Source: Acidimicrobiia bacterium
Lineage (GTDB): Bacteria; Actinomycetota; Acidimicrobiia; Spongiisociales; ZC4RG35
Direction of reading: 5' to 3'
Length of the DNA: 61,892 nucleotides
Assembly: GCA_009377435.1 (NCBI GenBank)
Contig: WHUC01000002.1
Coordinates: 1 to 61,892 of the forward strand
Numbering within the stretch: position 1 is the stretch's first letter; each line of letters begins with the position of its first letter. Positions 47,938 to 57,013 of this stretch are shown here, piece after piece. The translations under genes and the position numbers were made by a program. The notes below the pieces were generated by a model, which was not told the DNA's origin, ran no database searches, and was given only the letters and a program-made list of their open reading frames with translations.

Positions 47938-49667
47938 CAGAGATATTGCCCGGTGGAAACCTGTTCGATCATGCGGCCATCACTTGCCTGCCCCTCGACC
48001 AGGGTGCGGACATATGTGATCCGCTCCCCCTTCTTCCCCGAGATCTTCGCCCAATCGTCGGGGTTGGTCGTATTGGGAAGATCCTCGTGCTCGCGGAACT
48101 CCTGGGCGATGGCGGTGGTCAGGTCGTCGATCCTCAACCCGACGCTGCCCGTGGCGATCTGGCGTTTGATGGCGTCCTTCTTCGCCCGTCTCACGATGTT
48201 CTCGATCATGGCGCCCGAGGAGAAGTCCTTGAAGAACAACACCTCCCGGTCGCCGTTGGCATAGGTGACCTCGAGGAAGCGGTTTGAGTCCCGCTCGGAG
48301 TACATGGTCTCGACGGTGCGGTCGATCGTATCCCGGAGGTAGGCGTCGACATCGCCACCGTGGTCGGCGACCTCATCGGTGTCGAGTGGGATCTCGTCGG
48401 TGAGATAGATACCGAAGATCTGACGGGCGGCATCGGGGTCGGGGCGATCGATGCGGATCTTCACATCGAGACGGCCGGGGCGGAGGATCGCCGGGTCGAT
48501 GAGGTCCTCGCGGTTGGATGCCCCGATCACGACGACGTTCCTCAGGGTCTCAACACCGTCGAGCTCGGAAAGGAGCTGGGGCACGATGGTCGACTCGACA
48601 TCTGAGCTGATACCGGTGCCCCGGGTCCGGAAAAGGGAGTCCATCTCGTCGAAGAAGACGATCACGGGGACGCCCTCGTCCGACTTCTCCTTCGCCCTCT
48701 GGAAGATCTGGCGGATCTGGCGCTCGGTCTCGCCGACCCACTTGTTTAGAAGCTCGGGACCCTTGACGTTGAGGAAGTAGGAGCGGGCATTGGGCCGCCC
48801 CTCCCGCTCGGCCACCTTCTGGGCGAGGCTGTTGGCGACCGCCTTGGCGATCAGCGTCTTCCCGCACCCGGGTGGCCCGTAGAGGAGTATCCCCTTGGGT
48901 GGATCGAGCTGGTAGTCGTTGAACAGGTCCCGGTACACATAGGGAAGCTCGACGGTGTCGCGGATCTGGCCGATCTGCTCGAAGAGACCACCCACCTGCT
49001 CGTAGGTGACGTCGGGAACCTCCTCGAGGACGAGCTCCTCGACCTCGGGACGGGTCAGCCGTTCCAGGACCAGACCACTCCCGGTGTCGACACGCACATG
49101 GTCTCCGACCCTGATCGGATCGGGGAAGGACGAGTCGCCGACATGGACGACCGTCTCCTCGTCGGCGTTGGCGAGGACCACGAGCCTGCCGTCGGAGAGG
49201 ATATCGCGGACCCTCACGACCTCACCGGTCGGCTCGAAGTCGGAGACGTCGATGATGGTCGAAGAATCGCTGAGTAGGACCTGTTGTCCCCTGAGGAGTT
49301 GTTTCACCTCGATCGAGGGCTGGGCGTCGACCCTCATCTTGCGGTTGTTGGCGGTGACGTCGACGCTGCCGTCGGGATTGACATCGAGGACGGTGGCGAA
49401 GGCTTGCGGTGGTGCCGTCAGCTTGTCGATCTCGGCCCTGAGCACACCAAGTTGCTCACGGGCGTCCTGAAGCACGGTGGACAGTTTCCGATTCTGTTCC
49501 TCGGATCGCTCGAGACGTTTGCGCAGGGTCTCCAGATCCCCCGATATCTGCGGCGAGGCTCCGCCGAGTCTGCGGCGCAGGTTCGCAACCTCGTTTTGGA
49601 GCGCCTCGATACGGCGGCGGAGGTCTTCGTCGTTTTCAGTCGGCACCGTATTCCTCCGATCGCTCAA
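47937..49667 (-). CDS. arc: Proteasome-associated AAA ATPase ARC/Mpa
   Basis: N-terminal coiled coil, OB domains, AAA module [16 protein letters not shown]-terminus ...STGQYL (the proteasome-docking GQYL motif). Confidence 0.9.
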   Translation of the reverse strand: MSDRRNTVPTENDEDLRRRIEALQNEVANLRRRLGGASPQISGDLETLRKRLERSEEQNRKLSTVLQDAREQLGVLRAEIDKLTAPPQAFATVLDVNPDGSVDVTANNRKMRVDAQPSIEVKQLLRGQQVLLSDSSTIIDVSDFEPTGEVVRVRDILSDGRLVVLANADEETVVHVGDSSFPDPIRVGDHVRVDTGSGLVLERLTRPEVEELVLEEVPDVTYEQVGGLFEQIGQIRDTVELPYVYRDLFNDYQLDPPKGILLYGPPGCGKTLIAKAVANSLAQKVAEREGRPNARSYFLNVKGPELLNKWVGETERQIRQIFQRAKEKSDEGVPVIVFFDEMDSLFRTRGTGISSDVESTIVPQLLSELDGVETLRNVVVIGASNREDLIDPAILRPGRLDVKIRIDRPDPDAARQIFGIYLTDEIPLDTDEVADHGGDVDAYLRDTIDRTVETMYSERDSNRFLEVTYANGDREVLFFKDFSSGAMIENIVRRAKKDAIKRQIATGSVGLRIDDLTTAIAQEFREHEDLPNTTNPDDWAKISGKKGERITYVRTLVEGQASDGRMIEQVSTGQYL

Positions 49668-49768
49668 TGGCGACTATATCCACCATACGATGAAAAGGGT
49701 TCTTACCGATTACCATTCGTCCCCGCTACGATGAGAATCAGCCCACGAACCCCAGGGAGGGGCAAGAC

Positions 49769-50014
49769 ATGAAGGTTTGGATCGATCAGGATCTTTGCAC
49801 CGGCGACGGTCTCTGCGAGGAGATCGCCCCCGATGTCTTCGTGTTGCTCGACGATGGTCTCGCCTACGTGCGTGACGGCGAAACCATCTATGCCGCCGAG
49901 AAGGGTAATCCAGAGGGCGGTGACGGCGTGGCCACCGTGCCCGGCGGCCAGGAGGACATCACCATCGAGTCCGCCGAGGAATGCCCCGGGGAGTGCATCT
50001 TCCTAGAGCCGTAA
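49769..50014 (+). CDS. Ferredoxin (single-cluster, actinobacterial type)
   Basis: 81-aa ORF. CTGDGLCEEIAP ... ECPGECI Cys pattern. Confidence 0.8.
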   Translation: MKVWIDQDLCTGDGLCEEIAPDVFVLLDDGLAYVRDGETIYAAEKGNPEGGDGVATVPGGQEDITIESAEECPGECIFLEP

Positions 50015-50023
50015 TATGTTGCT

Positions 50024-50072
50024 CGTTGTCCCCCACGAAGTGGGGGAAGGTTCCTGCGAAGCAGGTAGGGGG
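50024..50072 (+). repeat. Repeat family B, copy 2
   Basis: CGTTGTCCCCCACGAAGTGGGGGAAGGTTCCTGCGAAGCAGGTAGGGGGC, starting 10 nt after the ferredoxin stop. Two hairpins: CCCCCAC-GAAG-TGGGGG and CCTGC-GAA-GCAGG. Confidence 0.8.
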
Positions 50073-50223
50073 CAAAATCTGGGCCGAGTTCTCCGTCATC
50101 GACAGAGGCCGCGACCCCCTGCGTCTCGAAGCAGAAAGGGACGTCGGTCTTGCCCCCCTCGATCCGACGGCTCCGCCGTCGGCCCACTCCCCCCTCATTC
50201 GAGGGGGAAGAACGGCGCGAGGG

Positions 50224-51048
50224 TCATCCCGCCGACCTCACCACCTTCCTGGCGAACACCAGGAAACCCGTGTGGCCCACCATGGTGTGGGCGGGGCGGA
50301 CCGAGCGGCCGTCGACGTTCCAGTCGCGGACGAGGGACTCTCTGACCTCGATCTCCCCGTAGCCGCCCGAGTCCCTCATCTCGGCGACGAGACGCTCCAC
50401 CTGGGGAACGGTGGGGAGATAGGAGCAGAAAACACCACCGGCGGGCTGGTGTTCGAGAGCCTCGGTGAGGGCGTGCCACGGTTCGGGGAGATCGAGAACG
50501 ATACGCTCCGGTCTGATCTCGGCGATCACGTCCTCCACCATGCCCACCCGCAGGTCGACATGGTCGGGGACGTTGCCGCGATACCAGCGGCGGATCCAGC
50601 GGGCGGCATGACTGGCGTGGTCGTGGCGTGCCTCCACCGAAACCAGCCGACCCGTCGGCCCGACGGCACGGGCCAGGGCCATGGTGAGAGCGCCGGAACC
50701 GGTCCCCGCCTCGACGACGGTCATCCCTGGGCCGAGGTCGCCGTAGACGAGGATGGGTCCTATGTCCTTGGGGTAGACGACCTGGGCGCCGCGTTTCATC
50801 TTCATGATGAAGTCGGTGAGACGTGGTCTCAACACCAGGAGACGCCCTCCTCCGGTGGAGGTGAGCATCTCCCCCTCCCCCCGACCGATGATCTCCTCGT
50901 GGGGGATCTCGCCGCGGTGATAGGTGAAGACCCGGGACGGATCGAGCCGGACCAGGAAATGGCGGCCCTTGTCGTCGACGAGGATCACGGTCTCATCGAC
51001 ACCGATGGGTTCGTGGGATCCGGCGCCGAGCGCCTGCCCGTCACTCAA
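50224..51048 (-). CDS. trmI: tRNA (adenine58-N1)-methyltransferase TrmI
   Basis: Aligns by eye with Rv2118c (..DDKGRHFLVRLDPSRVFTYHRGEIPHEEIIG; SAM motif VVEAGTGSGALT). No ATG near the expected start. TTG at 51048 chosen (alternative GTG at 50988); the start is uncertain. Confidence 0.8.
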   Translation of the reverse strand: MSDGQALGAGSHEPIGVDETVILVDDKGRHFLVRLDPSRVFTYHRGEIPHEEIIGRGEGEMLTSTGGGRLLVLRPRLTDFIMKMKRGAQVVYPKDIGPILVYGDLGPGMTVVEAGTGSGALTMALARAVGPTGRLVSVEARHDHASHAARWIRRWYRGNVPDHVDLRVGMVEDVIAEIRPERIVLDLPEPWHALTEALEHQPAGGVFCSYLPTVPQVERLVAEMRDSGGYGEIEVRESLVRDWNVDGRSVRPAHTMVGHTGFLVFARKVVRSAG

Positions 51049-51190
51049 AGGAGGGTCATGATGGCACCGGCGGCGAGGGAGAGCACGAGGGAGATCACCA
51101 TCACCCAGATCACAACCTTGACCATTGTTTCTCGTCTCATATGGGGAGCACAGCACTAGCGTCGGTGGGGAGCTTGATTGTGGAGATCTT

Positions 51191-51454
51191 ATGAACTGGA
51201 GACAACTCGCCGTCACCCAGGGGCTGCGGGCGATGCGAACCGGAAGCCGGGGGCAACTTCTCCTCGCCGTGATCATGTTCCTACTTGGGCTCCGCAACCG
51301 CAACAAGGGGAAGAAGGAACTCCTCTATCGCAAGTCCGTTCCCGTGGGGTCGAGCATCGTCGTCCGGCACAATCCCGGGGGTGAGCAGCGTCTCGATGTG
51401 ATCGACCCGCGTCGTCTCGCGGTCATAGACCCCGAGACCGGTGAGTCCACCTAG
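51191..51454 (+). CDS. Hypothetical small membrane protein (87 aa)
   Basis: Start at Met23 of the track ORF (MNWRQLAVTQGL...LLLAVIMFLLGL), preceded by GGAG. One TM. No family recognised. Confidence 0.4.
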   Translation: MNWRQLAVTQGLRAMRTGSRGQLLLAVIMFLLGLRNRNKGKKELLYRKSVPVGSSIVVRHNPGGEQRLDVIDPRRLAVIDPETGEST

Positions 51455-51460
51455 AGCCGC

Positions 51461-51652
51461 TCAGACCCGGTAGACCTCGACAACGGCCCGGGACTTGTTG
51501 CCCTTCCTCCGTCCGAAGAAGAAGGCCAAGAGGAGGAGCACCACGACACCGGCGCCCACCATCATTGCAGTGTTCTGAGCCGATTCCTTGGTGTCCTCGA
51601 GCACCTGCGCGATTTCGCGGGCCTTGGACTCGATGTCCTGTCGTTCAACCAT
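51461..51652 (-). CDS. Small tail-anchored membrane protein (63 aa)
   Basis: Charged N-terminal helix, then MMVGAGVVVLLLLAFFFGRRKG. The start overlaps the upstream ORF by 8 nt. Confidence 0.5.
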   Translation of the reverse strand: MVERQDIESKAREIAQVLEDTKESAQNTAMMVGAGVVVLLLLAFFFGRRKGNKSRAVVEVYRV

Positions 51653-51950
51653 GGCTGTTGATCCTCCACATGATCAGTCCGGCGCCAAGGGCGGCCACGG
51701 CGAAGGCGACGACCCGGGAGAGGATGTCAAACCATTCGCTCTCGAGGTCGAATATGACCTGTTGGAACAATCCGTACACGGCGGCCACGACGAACACGGC
51801 CCCGAGGGCGAGCAGGACCGCACCTGCGATCGACATCCCCGCGGTCCGTCCCAGCTTCTTGGCCGGTTCGATCGTCTCCTGACGGATGTAGGTCTTCGAC
51901 ATGTCGAGAAGCTCGACGAACATCTCGGGTAGTTCTCGTTGATCAGCCAT
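51645..51950 (-). CDS. Two-TM membrane protein resembling the actinobacterial Holin-X / DUF1469 family
   Basis: Start at Met62 of the track ORF. MADQRELPEMFVELLDMSKTYIRQE...AGMSIAGAVLLALGAVFVVAAV... matches the family pattern from memory. Confidence 0.5.
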   Translation of the reverse strand: MADQRELPEMFVELLDMSKTYIRQETIEPAKKLGRTAGMSIAGAVLLALGAVFVVAAVYGLFQQVIFDLESEWFDILSRVVAFAVAALGAGLIMWRINSHG

Positions 51951-52042
51951 TCCGATCAAGTCTACCAACTCGGCGCGCCATTCCCCCTGTGTTCCTATCC
52001 GTGCGGCGAGACCCCAGCCCCCGACCGATAGCATTGGCGCGG

Positions 52043-52804
52043 ATGCGTGCATTGGGTTGTTCGAGGACACTGCGACTTTTCTCCGTTGCACTCGCCGGCC
52101 TTCTTGTGGCCGGCGGCGTCGGCTGCGATTCACGGGCCGATGAGACGGTGCTCGTTCTGGCGGCCGCTTCGCTCACCGATGTCTTCACCGAGATTGGGCC
52201 CCTCTTCACGGAGGAGACCGGTATCGCCGTCGAGTTCTCCTTTGCGGGGACCTCGACGCTTCGGGAACAGATCCTCGACGGTGCCCCGGCAGATGTCTTC
52301 GCCGCGGCCAGCCCCGAAATAATGGATGAGGTCGTGGGCGCCGATGCCACCAGCGGTGACCCCACCGTCTTCGCCACCAACGAGATGGCCATCGCCATTC
52401 CACCCGGCAACCCGGGAGACGTCCAAGGTATAGAAGCCTTCGCAGAGGATGATCTGTTCATCGGGCTGTGCGCCCCGACCGTCCCCTGCGGCTCGTTCGG
52501 GCTCGAGGTGTTGCAGAATGCCGGGGTGAACCCGGCACCAGACACCGAGGAACCCGACGTCCGGGCCCTCCTCACCAAGATCGAAGCAGGCGAGCTCGAC
52601 GCCGGCTTCGTCTACACGTCCGATCTCGCCGCCGCTGGTGACAGCGTCATCGGGATCCCCATTCCTTCCGACATCAACGTGGTCGTCCACTACGAGGTCG
52701 CCGCACTCGTCGACGCCGGGTCCGGGGCCGATAGTTTCATCTCCTTTCTCGACAGGGAGGTCGCGGTCTCCGTCCTCGAGTCGTATGGGTTCTCGATCCC
52801 GTGA
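52043..52804 (+). CDS. modA: Molybdate ABC transporter substrate-binding lipoprotein
   Basis: Start at Met19 (MRALGCSRTLRLFSVALAGLLVAGGVGC, signal with a lipobox-like Cys). VLAAASLTDVF and the ModA fold pattern. Confidence 0.85.
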   Translation: MRALGCSRTLRLFSVALAGLLVAGGVGCDSRADETVLVLAAASLTDVFTEIGPLFTEETGIAVEFSFAGTSTLREQILDGAPADVFAAASPEIMDEVVGADATSGDPTVFATNEMAIAIPPGNPGDVQGIEAFAEDDLFIGLCAPTVPCGSFGLEVLQNAGVNPAPDTEEPDVRALLTKIEAGELDAGFVYTSDLAAAGDSVIGIPIPSDINVVVHYEVAALVDAGSGADSFISFLDREVAVSVLESYGFSIP

Positions 52805-53583
52805 ACAGACCCGTACCCCGTCTGATCGTCCTCCTCGGTGTGGTCGGTGCCCTCTTTGTGATCCTCCCCATCATCGGATTGGTGGACCGGGTCCCTTGGA
52901 ATCGCCTCGGGTCGTTGTTGGCCGATCCCGTGGTGTTGGACGCCCTCGGACTCTCCCTGATCTCATCGCTCGGCGCCACCGCCGTCGTCCTCGTCGTGGG
53001 TATACCCCTCGCCTGGTTGCTGGCTCGGGCCTCGTTCCCGGGGCGTGGCCTCCTCCGTGCCGTTGTCACCCTTCCCATGGTCATGCCTCCGGTGGTCGGT
53101 GGGGCGGCCTTGCTCTTCGCATTCGGTCGGAGTGGGCTGGTGGGCGCCCCACTCGACACCGCCACCGGGATCGTCCTCCCCTACTCCCTCTGGGCGGTGG
53201 TGATGGCCAACTCGTTCATAGCACTCCCCTTCCTCGTCCTCACCATCGAGGCCGGGTTCCGTTCCCTCGACAGTCGCTACGAGGGTGTCGCCGCCACCCT
53301 GGGCGCGGGACGCTGGACCGTGATCCGCAGGGTCACCCTTCCACTGATCGGTCCGTCTCTGGCCACGGGGGCGGTGCTGGCGTGGGCGAGGGCCCTCGGC
53401 GAGTTCGGCGCCACCGTCACCTTCGCCGGGAACCTGGGGGGAACAACCCAGACCATGCCCCTTGCAGTTTTCGTCGCCCTGGAGAGTGATCGGGACGCCG
53501 CGGTGGCGCTGAGTCTCATCCTGGTTGTGATCTCCCTCGCCGTCCTCGTCCTCCTCCGTGACCGCTGGTGGGGTGCCCGATGA
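52801..53583 (+). CDS. modB: Molybdate ABC transporter permease
   Basis: 260-aa polytopic ORF with the EAA-like loop RALGEFGATVTFAGN. GTGA overlap with modA. Confidence 0.9.
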   Translation: MNRPVPRLIVLLGVVGALFVILPIIGLVDRVPWNRLGSLLADPVVLDALGLSLISSLGATAVVLVVGIPLAWLLARASFPGRGLLRAVVTLPMVMPPVVGGAALLFAFGRSGLVGAPLDTATGIVLPYSLWAVVMANSFIALPFLVLTIEAGFRSLDSRYEGVAATLGAGRWTVIRRVTLPLIGPSLATGAVLAWARALGEFGATVTFAGNLGGTTQTMPLAVFVALESDRDAAVALSLILVVISLAVLVLLRDRWWGAR

Positions 53584-54644
53584 CCGACGCCCTCCGCGCC
53601 GAGGTCGTCATCCGGCGCCATGATGGGTTCAGCCTCGATGTCGCCTTCACCGCCCCATCCGGAGAGACGGTGGCCCTGCTCGGACCCAACGGCGCCGGCA
53701 AGTCGACCCTTCTCGGTGCGGTGGCCGGTCTGGTGACCGTTGATCGTGGATTTGTGTCCGTCGGGGATCGGGTGTTGACCGATACCACCAATGGTGTCCT
53801 CGTGCCGCCGGAGCGGCGTGAGATGGGCATGGTTTTCCAGGAATCGCTCCTGTTCCCCCATCTCGATGTTCTCGACAATGTCGCCTTTGGTCTCCGCTCC
53901 ACCGGAAGATCCACCGGTGAGGCCAACGGGCTCGCCCGACGGTGGCTGGAGCGGCTCGGGGTGGGTGGCCTGGCCAGTCGCAGGGTCGATGGTCTCTCCG
54001 GTGGTGAGATCCAGAAGGTGGCCCTGGCCCGAGCCCTCGCCACCTCACCGGTGGTTCTTCTCCTCGACGAGCCCGTGTCGGCGCTGGACATGTCGGCCCG
54101 ACTCGAGACGCGTCGTTTCCTGGGTGATCACCTCGGGCGGTTCCGTGGTCCCCGGATCGTGGTCACCCATGACCCGACGGAGGCGTTCGTCCTCGCCGAC
54201 CGCGTCCTGATCATCGAGGAGGGACGGGTCCTCCAGGAAGGACCCACCGATGAGCTCTTCACCAGGCCGGCCACGCAGTACGTCGCCGATCTGCTCGGGG
54301 ACAACAGACTTCGGGGTCGCCGCACCGACCCCACCACGGTGTGGGTAGGCCAGGCCGAGCTCACCGTCGTGGAGGGACAGACCGGAGAAGATGTCCTGGT
54401 GACCATCCGACCCGAGGTGATCTCCTTCTTCCCGGCACAACCCGAGGGATCCCCCCGGAACCGCTGGCAGACCATCGTGACCGGGCTGGAACGTCGTCAT
54501 GGTGTGGTCCGTGTGCATGTCGGCGATCCGCTGCCCCTGGTCGGGGAAATCACACCCTCGGGGGCGTCGGCCTTGGGGATCACCCCCGGTGCCGACATCT
54601 GGGTGGCGATCAAGGCCACCGAGATCGACGTCATCCCGGTGTGA
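53580..54644 (+). CDS. modC: Molybdate ABC transporter ATP-binding protein with C-terminal TOBE domain
   Basis: Start at Met5 (ATGA overlap with modB). Walker A GPNGAGKST, signature LSGGEIQKV, Walker B VLLLDEP. Confidence 0.9.
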   Translation: MTDALRAEVVIRRHDGFSLDVAFTAPSGETVALLGPNGAGKSTLLGAVAGLVTVDRGFVSVGDRVLTDTTNGVLVPPERREMGMVFQESLLFPHLDVLDNVAFGLRSTGRSTGEANGLARRWLERLGVGGLASRRVDGLSGGEIQKVALARALATSPVVLLLDEPVSALDMSARLETRRFLGDHLGRFRGPRIVVTHDPTEAFVLADRVLIIEEGRVLQEGPTDELFTRPATQYVADLLGDNRLRGRRTDPTTVWVGQAELTVVEGQTGEDVLVTIRPEVISFFPAQPEGSPRNRWQTIVTGLERRHGVVRVHVGDPLPLVGEITPSGASALGITPGADIWVAIKATEIDVIPV

Positions 54645-54757
54645 GGTGGACCGCCACGATCGCGGCCCCCGGCCAACCCTGGGTTTCCCAGGACGTTGTA
54701 TCGGTCCTCGACAGACCATCCGCGAATCCGTCGGGGTCGGGGCCTACATTGGCCACC

Positions 54758-56185
54758 ATGTACGACGAGGGAGCCCGCAGGATCGACCTCTGGGAGGTGG
54801 GACGCCGAGTCGGGTGCGCCCGATGTGGGGTGAGACGGACCAAGGAGGCATCGCCGGCCCGTCTCGAGCGGTGGAAGCTCCTCGTCGACATGGTCGTACA
54901 GTGGCTGCGTTCGGATGGAACCACGGAGGCGGCGAACGATATCGTCTCCGATTTTCTCTCTGTCGCCGATCCGGTGACGCGTGGAATCGTCTCGGACTGG
55001 TTTAACGGAGTACGACGGATCGTCCATCCCGAGGATGGCGAGCTCGATGCCGACCCGCTCAAACCCCGCGTCACCGACGCGACCGACTCGCGTTATCTCT
55101 CCGCTCCTGTCACCTTTGCCATGGATGGGGAGTCGGGACGGGAGGAGTTCCGTCTGGTGACAGGGCGAAAGGGAACCTCCGAGTTGGGGGCGGCCATCTA
55201 CTATGCCGATGCCGAGCCCGGGGTCAGCCTGTACGACCTGCGTGTCTCCGATGGCGACCTGGTCGCCATCGAGGCGCCCCCCGATGGCGAAGATCTCATC
55301 GCGGCGGCATTCGCCGAGGAGGCCTCCCTCCCCTCCCCCGACGACGCCCCTACTCCGGGTCTTCACTGCTACAGCTGTCCCTCCGCGATGCGCTGCGGCG
55401 AGTATCCCAAGATCTCCGACGGCGAGCCCCGCTCCACCACCCGGACCGTGACCCTCTCCCGGTCCAACCTGTCCGAACTGACCCGCTGTGAGCGTCGGGT
55501 CGCCTGGCACAAGGTCCATGGCGTGCCCAAGGAGGATGAGAGCGTCGGGTTCGGCTCGGCGGTGGGGAGCGTCGTCCACGAGATCATCGCCGCCCATCTC
55601 GCTGGCTCCTCCCCCACCGAGGCCCTCGGCGCCGCCAGGGCGTCGTGCCCTCCGGATCAGTGGTCCGAGGTGGCATACCTGTTCGAACAGCACCGCCGGG
55701 TGTGGGACGACCACGTCCCGGTGAAGGTCGCCGCCGTCGAACGTGAGATCGGCTTCGGGGGGATGATGGACGACCCCCACGGTCGTGGTGACGGGGCGGT
55801 GGCCGTGATCGGTCGTCCCGATGCCAACGGGTGGGAGGACGACACCACGGCCGCGGTTATCGAGTGCCGCACCGGCAACGTTGTCGAGCCCTACCCCCTG
55901 GAGACCGAGTTCTATGCGGTGGCGGCATGGGAGAAGATCCGCTCCATGGGGCGATCTGTCGACAGGGTCGCCGTCCACCACCACCATCTCCGCCCCGAGG
56001 AGCCGATCTGCGAGCGGCGTGTGTTCACGACCGAGGATCTCCGGCACGCCCGGACGACGATCGCCGAAGCGGCCCGCATCGCCCTCTCCTGGGATCCCGA
56101 CGACCCGTCACAGCCCGATTACACGGTGGGAGACTGGTGTGTCACCTGCCCCTTCGAGAACCGCTGCAAGAACCACCGGACGTGA
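54758..56185 (+). CDS. PD-(D/E)XK nuclease with a Cas4/AddB-type 4Fe-4S Cys signature, fused to an unrecognised ~230-aa N-terminal domain
   Basis: Start at Met140 of the track ORF. C-terminal half: first Cys in LTRCERRVAWH, then GSVVHEII, IGRPD, VIECRTG, EFYAV, and DWCVTCPFENRC (C-x2-C-x5-C). The N-terminal half has CARC and HCYSCPSAMRC but no motif I recognise. Confidence 0.75.
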   Translation: MYDEGARRIDLWEVGRRVGCARCGVRRTKEASPARLERWKLLVDMVVQWLRSDGTTEAANDIVSDFLSVADPVTRGIVSDWFNGVRRIVHPEDGELDADPLKPRVTDATDSRYLSAPVTFAMDGESGREEFRLVTGRKGTSELGAAIYYADAEPGVSLYDLRVSDGDLVAIEAPPDGEDLIAAAFAEEASLPSPDDAPTPGLHCYSCPSAMRCGEYPKISDGEPRSTTRTVTLSRSNLSELTRCERRVAWHKVHGVPKEDESVGFGSAVGSVVHEIIAAHLAGSSPTEALGAARASCPPDQWSEVAYLFEQHRRVWDDHVPVKVAAVEREIGFGGMMDDPHGRGDGAVAVIGRPDANGWEDDTTAAVIECRTGNVVEPYPLETEFYAVAAWEKIRSMGRSVDRVAVHHHHLRPEEPICERRVFTTEDLRHARTTIAEAARIALSWDPDDPSQPDYTVGDWCVTCPFENRCKNHRT

Positions 56186-56191
56186 CACCGG

Positions 56192-57013
56192 TCAGGGTTG
56201 CTGGGGCGACCCGTCGATGGAGGGCGGGGGGACGTCGGGGAAACCGGCGGGTTCAACCGTGGTGAGTGGGGTGAGGGTGGCAAACCCCTCTTGCAGAAGG
56301 GCGGAGTCGGCCCCGGGATCGATTCCACTCTCTGGTGGGCCGACCTCGAACTGGACCGATCGGCCGGGGACGTCGGCGATGGCGACCCGGAAGTAGCCGA
56401 ACTCGTCGAGATCCGCCCAACGGATGCCCCGCACCTCGTCCAGTTCCACCCCGGGGACGTTGAGGTTGAGTGTCAGCGGTTGGTTATGCTCCTCCATCCA
56501 TCCGATGCACCTCGCCGCGATCCGGGCCGCAGTGTCAAAATGCCACGGGTCGGTGGCCCCGACGCTGACGGCCAGACCGTTGGCGCCGAATGTCCGGGCC
56601 GTGAGGATGGCGCCGACGGTTCCCGAGTGGACCACCGAGTGTCCAGTGTTGATACCGGCGTTGACACCCGACACGATGAGATCCGGAGGTTCCCCGAAGG
56701 CACCGAGCATGGCGGACATCACGGCGAGACCGGGCGGGCCTGCCAGAGCATATCCCTCGACACCGGCTACCACGGCGGGTGTCACATCCACCCCTTTGGT
56801 CGGGTCGAAGTGACCGATCCCGGTTCCACTCCCACTGCGATCGTCCTCGGGAGCCACCACCAGGACGTCGTACAGCGCGGCGAGCTCCTTGGCCACGGCA
56901 TGGAGCCCGGGGGCGTTGACGCCGTCGTCGTTTGTCAACAGGATTCGACGTGGCTTTCCGCGGGGCTGTGGTCGGGTGTCGACGTCGATATGTTCGAGCC
57001 TCGCATCTGTCAC
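56192..57013 (-). CDS. surE: 5'/3'-nucleotidase SurE
   Basis: Start at GTG (Val38), preceded by GAGGAGG and overlapping the kinase stop (GTGA). RILLTNDDGVNAPGL motif. Confidence 0.9.
   Translation of the reverse strand: MTDARLEHIDVDTRPQPRGKPRRILLTNDDGVNAPGLHAVAKELAALYDVLVVAPEDDRSGSGTGIGHFDPTKGVDVTPAVVAGVEGYALAGPPGLAVMSAMLGAFGEPPDLIVSGVNAGINTGHSVVHSGTVGAILTARTFGANGLAVSVGATDPWHFDTAARIAARCIGWMEEHNQPLTLNLNVPGVELDEVRGIRWADLDEFGYFRVAIADVPGRSVQFEVGPPESGIDPGADSALLQEGFATLTPLTTVEPAGFPDVPPPSIDGSPQQP

Noticed and set aside
51461-51950. A Holin-X-like gene as evidence for a prophage.
   Set aside because: There are no phage structural, lysin, integrase or terminase genes nearby. This family is widespread as a chromosomal small-membrane-protein cluster in actinobacteria.
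51951-52042. Molybdenum-cofactor riboswitch upstream of modA.
   Set aside because: Only about 90 nt are available, and I see none of the conserved Moco-motif stems or loops. More likely a plain promoter region.
54497-56047. 516-aa minus-strand ORF covering the nuclease gene region.
   Set aside because: The plus-strand frame carries the complete Cas4-type Cys signature and PD-(D/E)XK motifs. The minus-strand frame is G/R/P/D-rich without motifs, so it is an antisense artefact.
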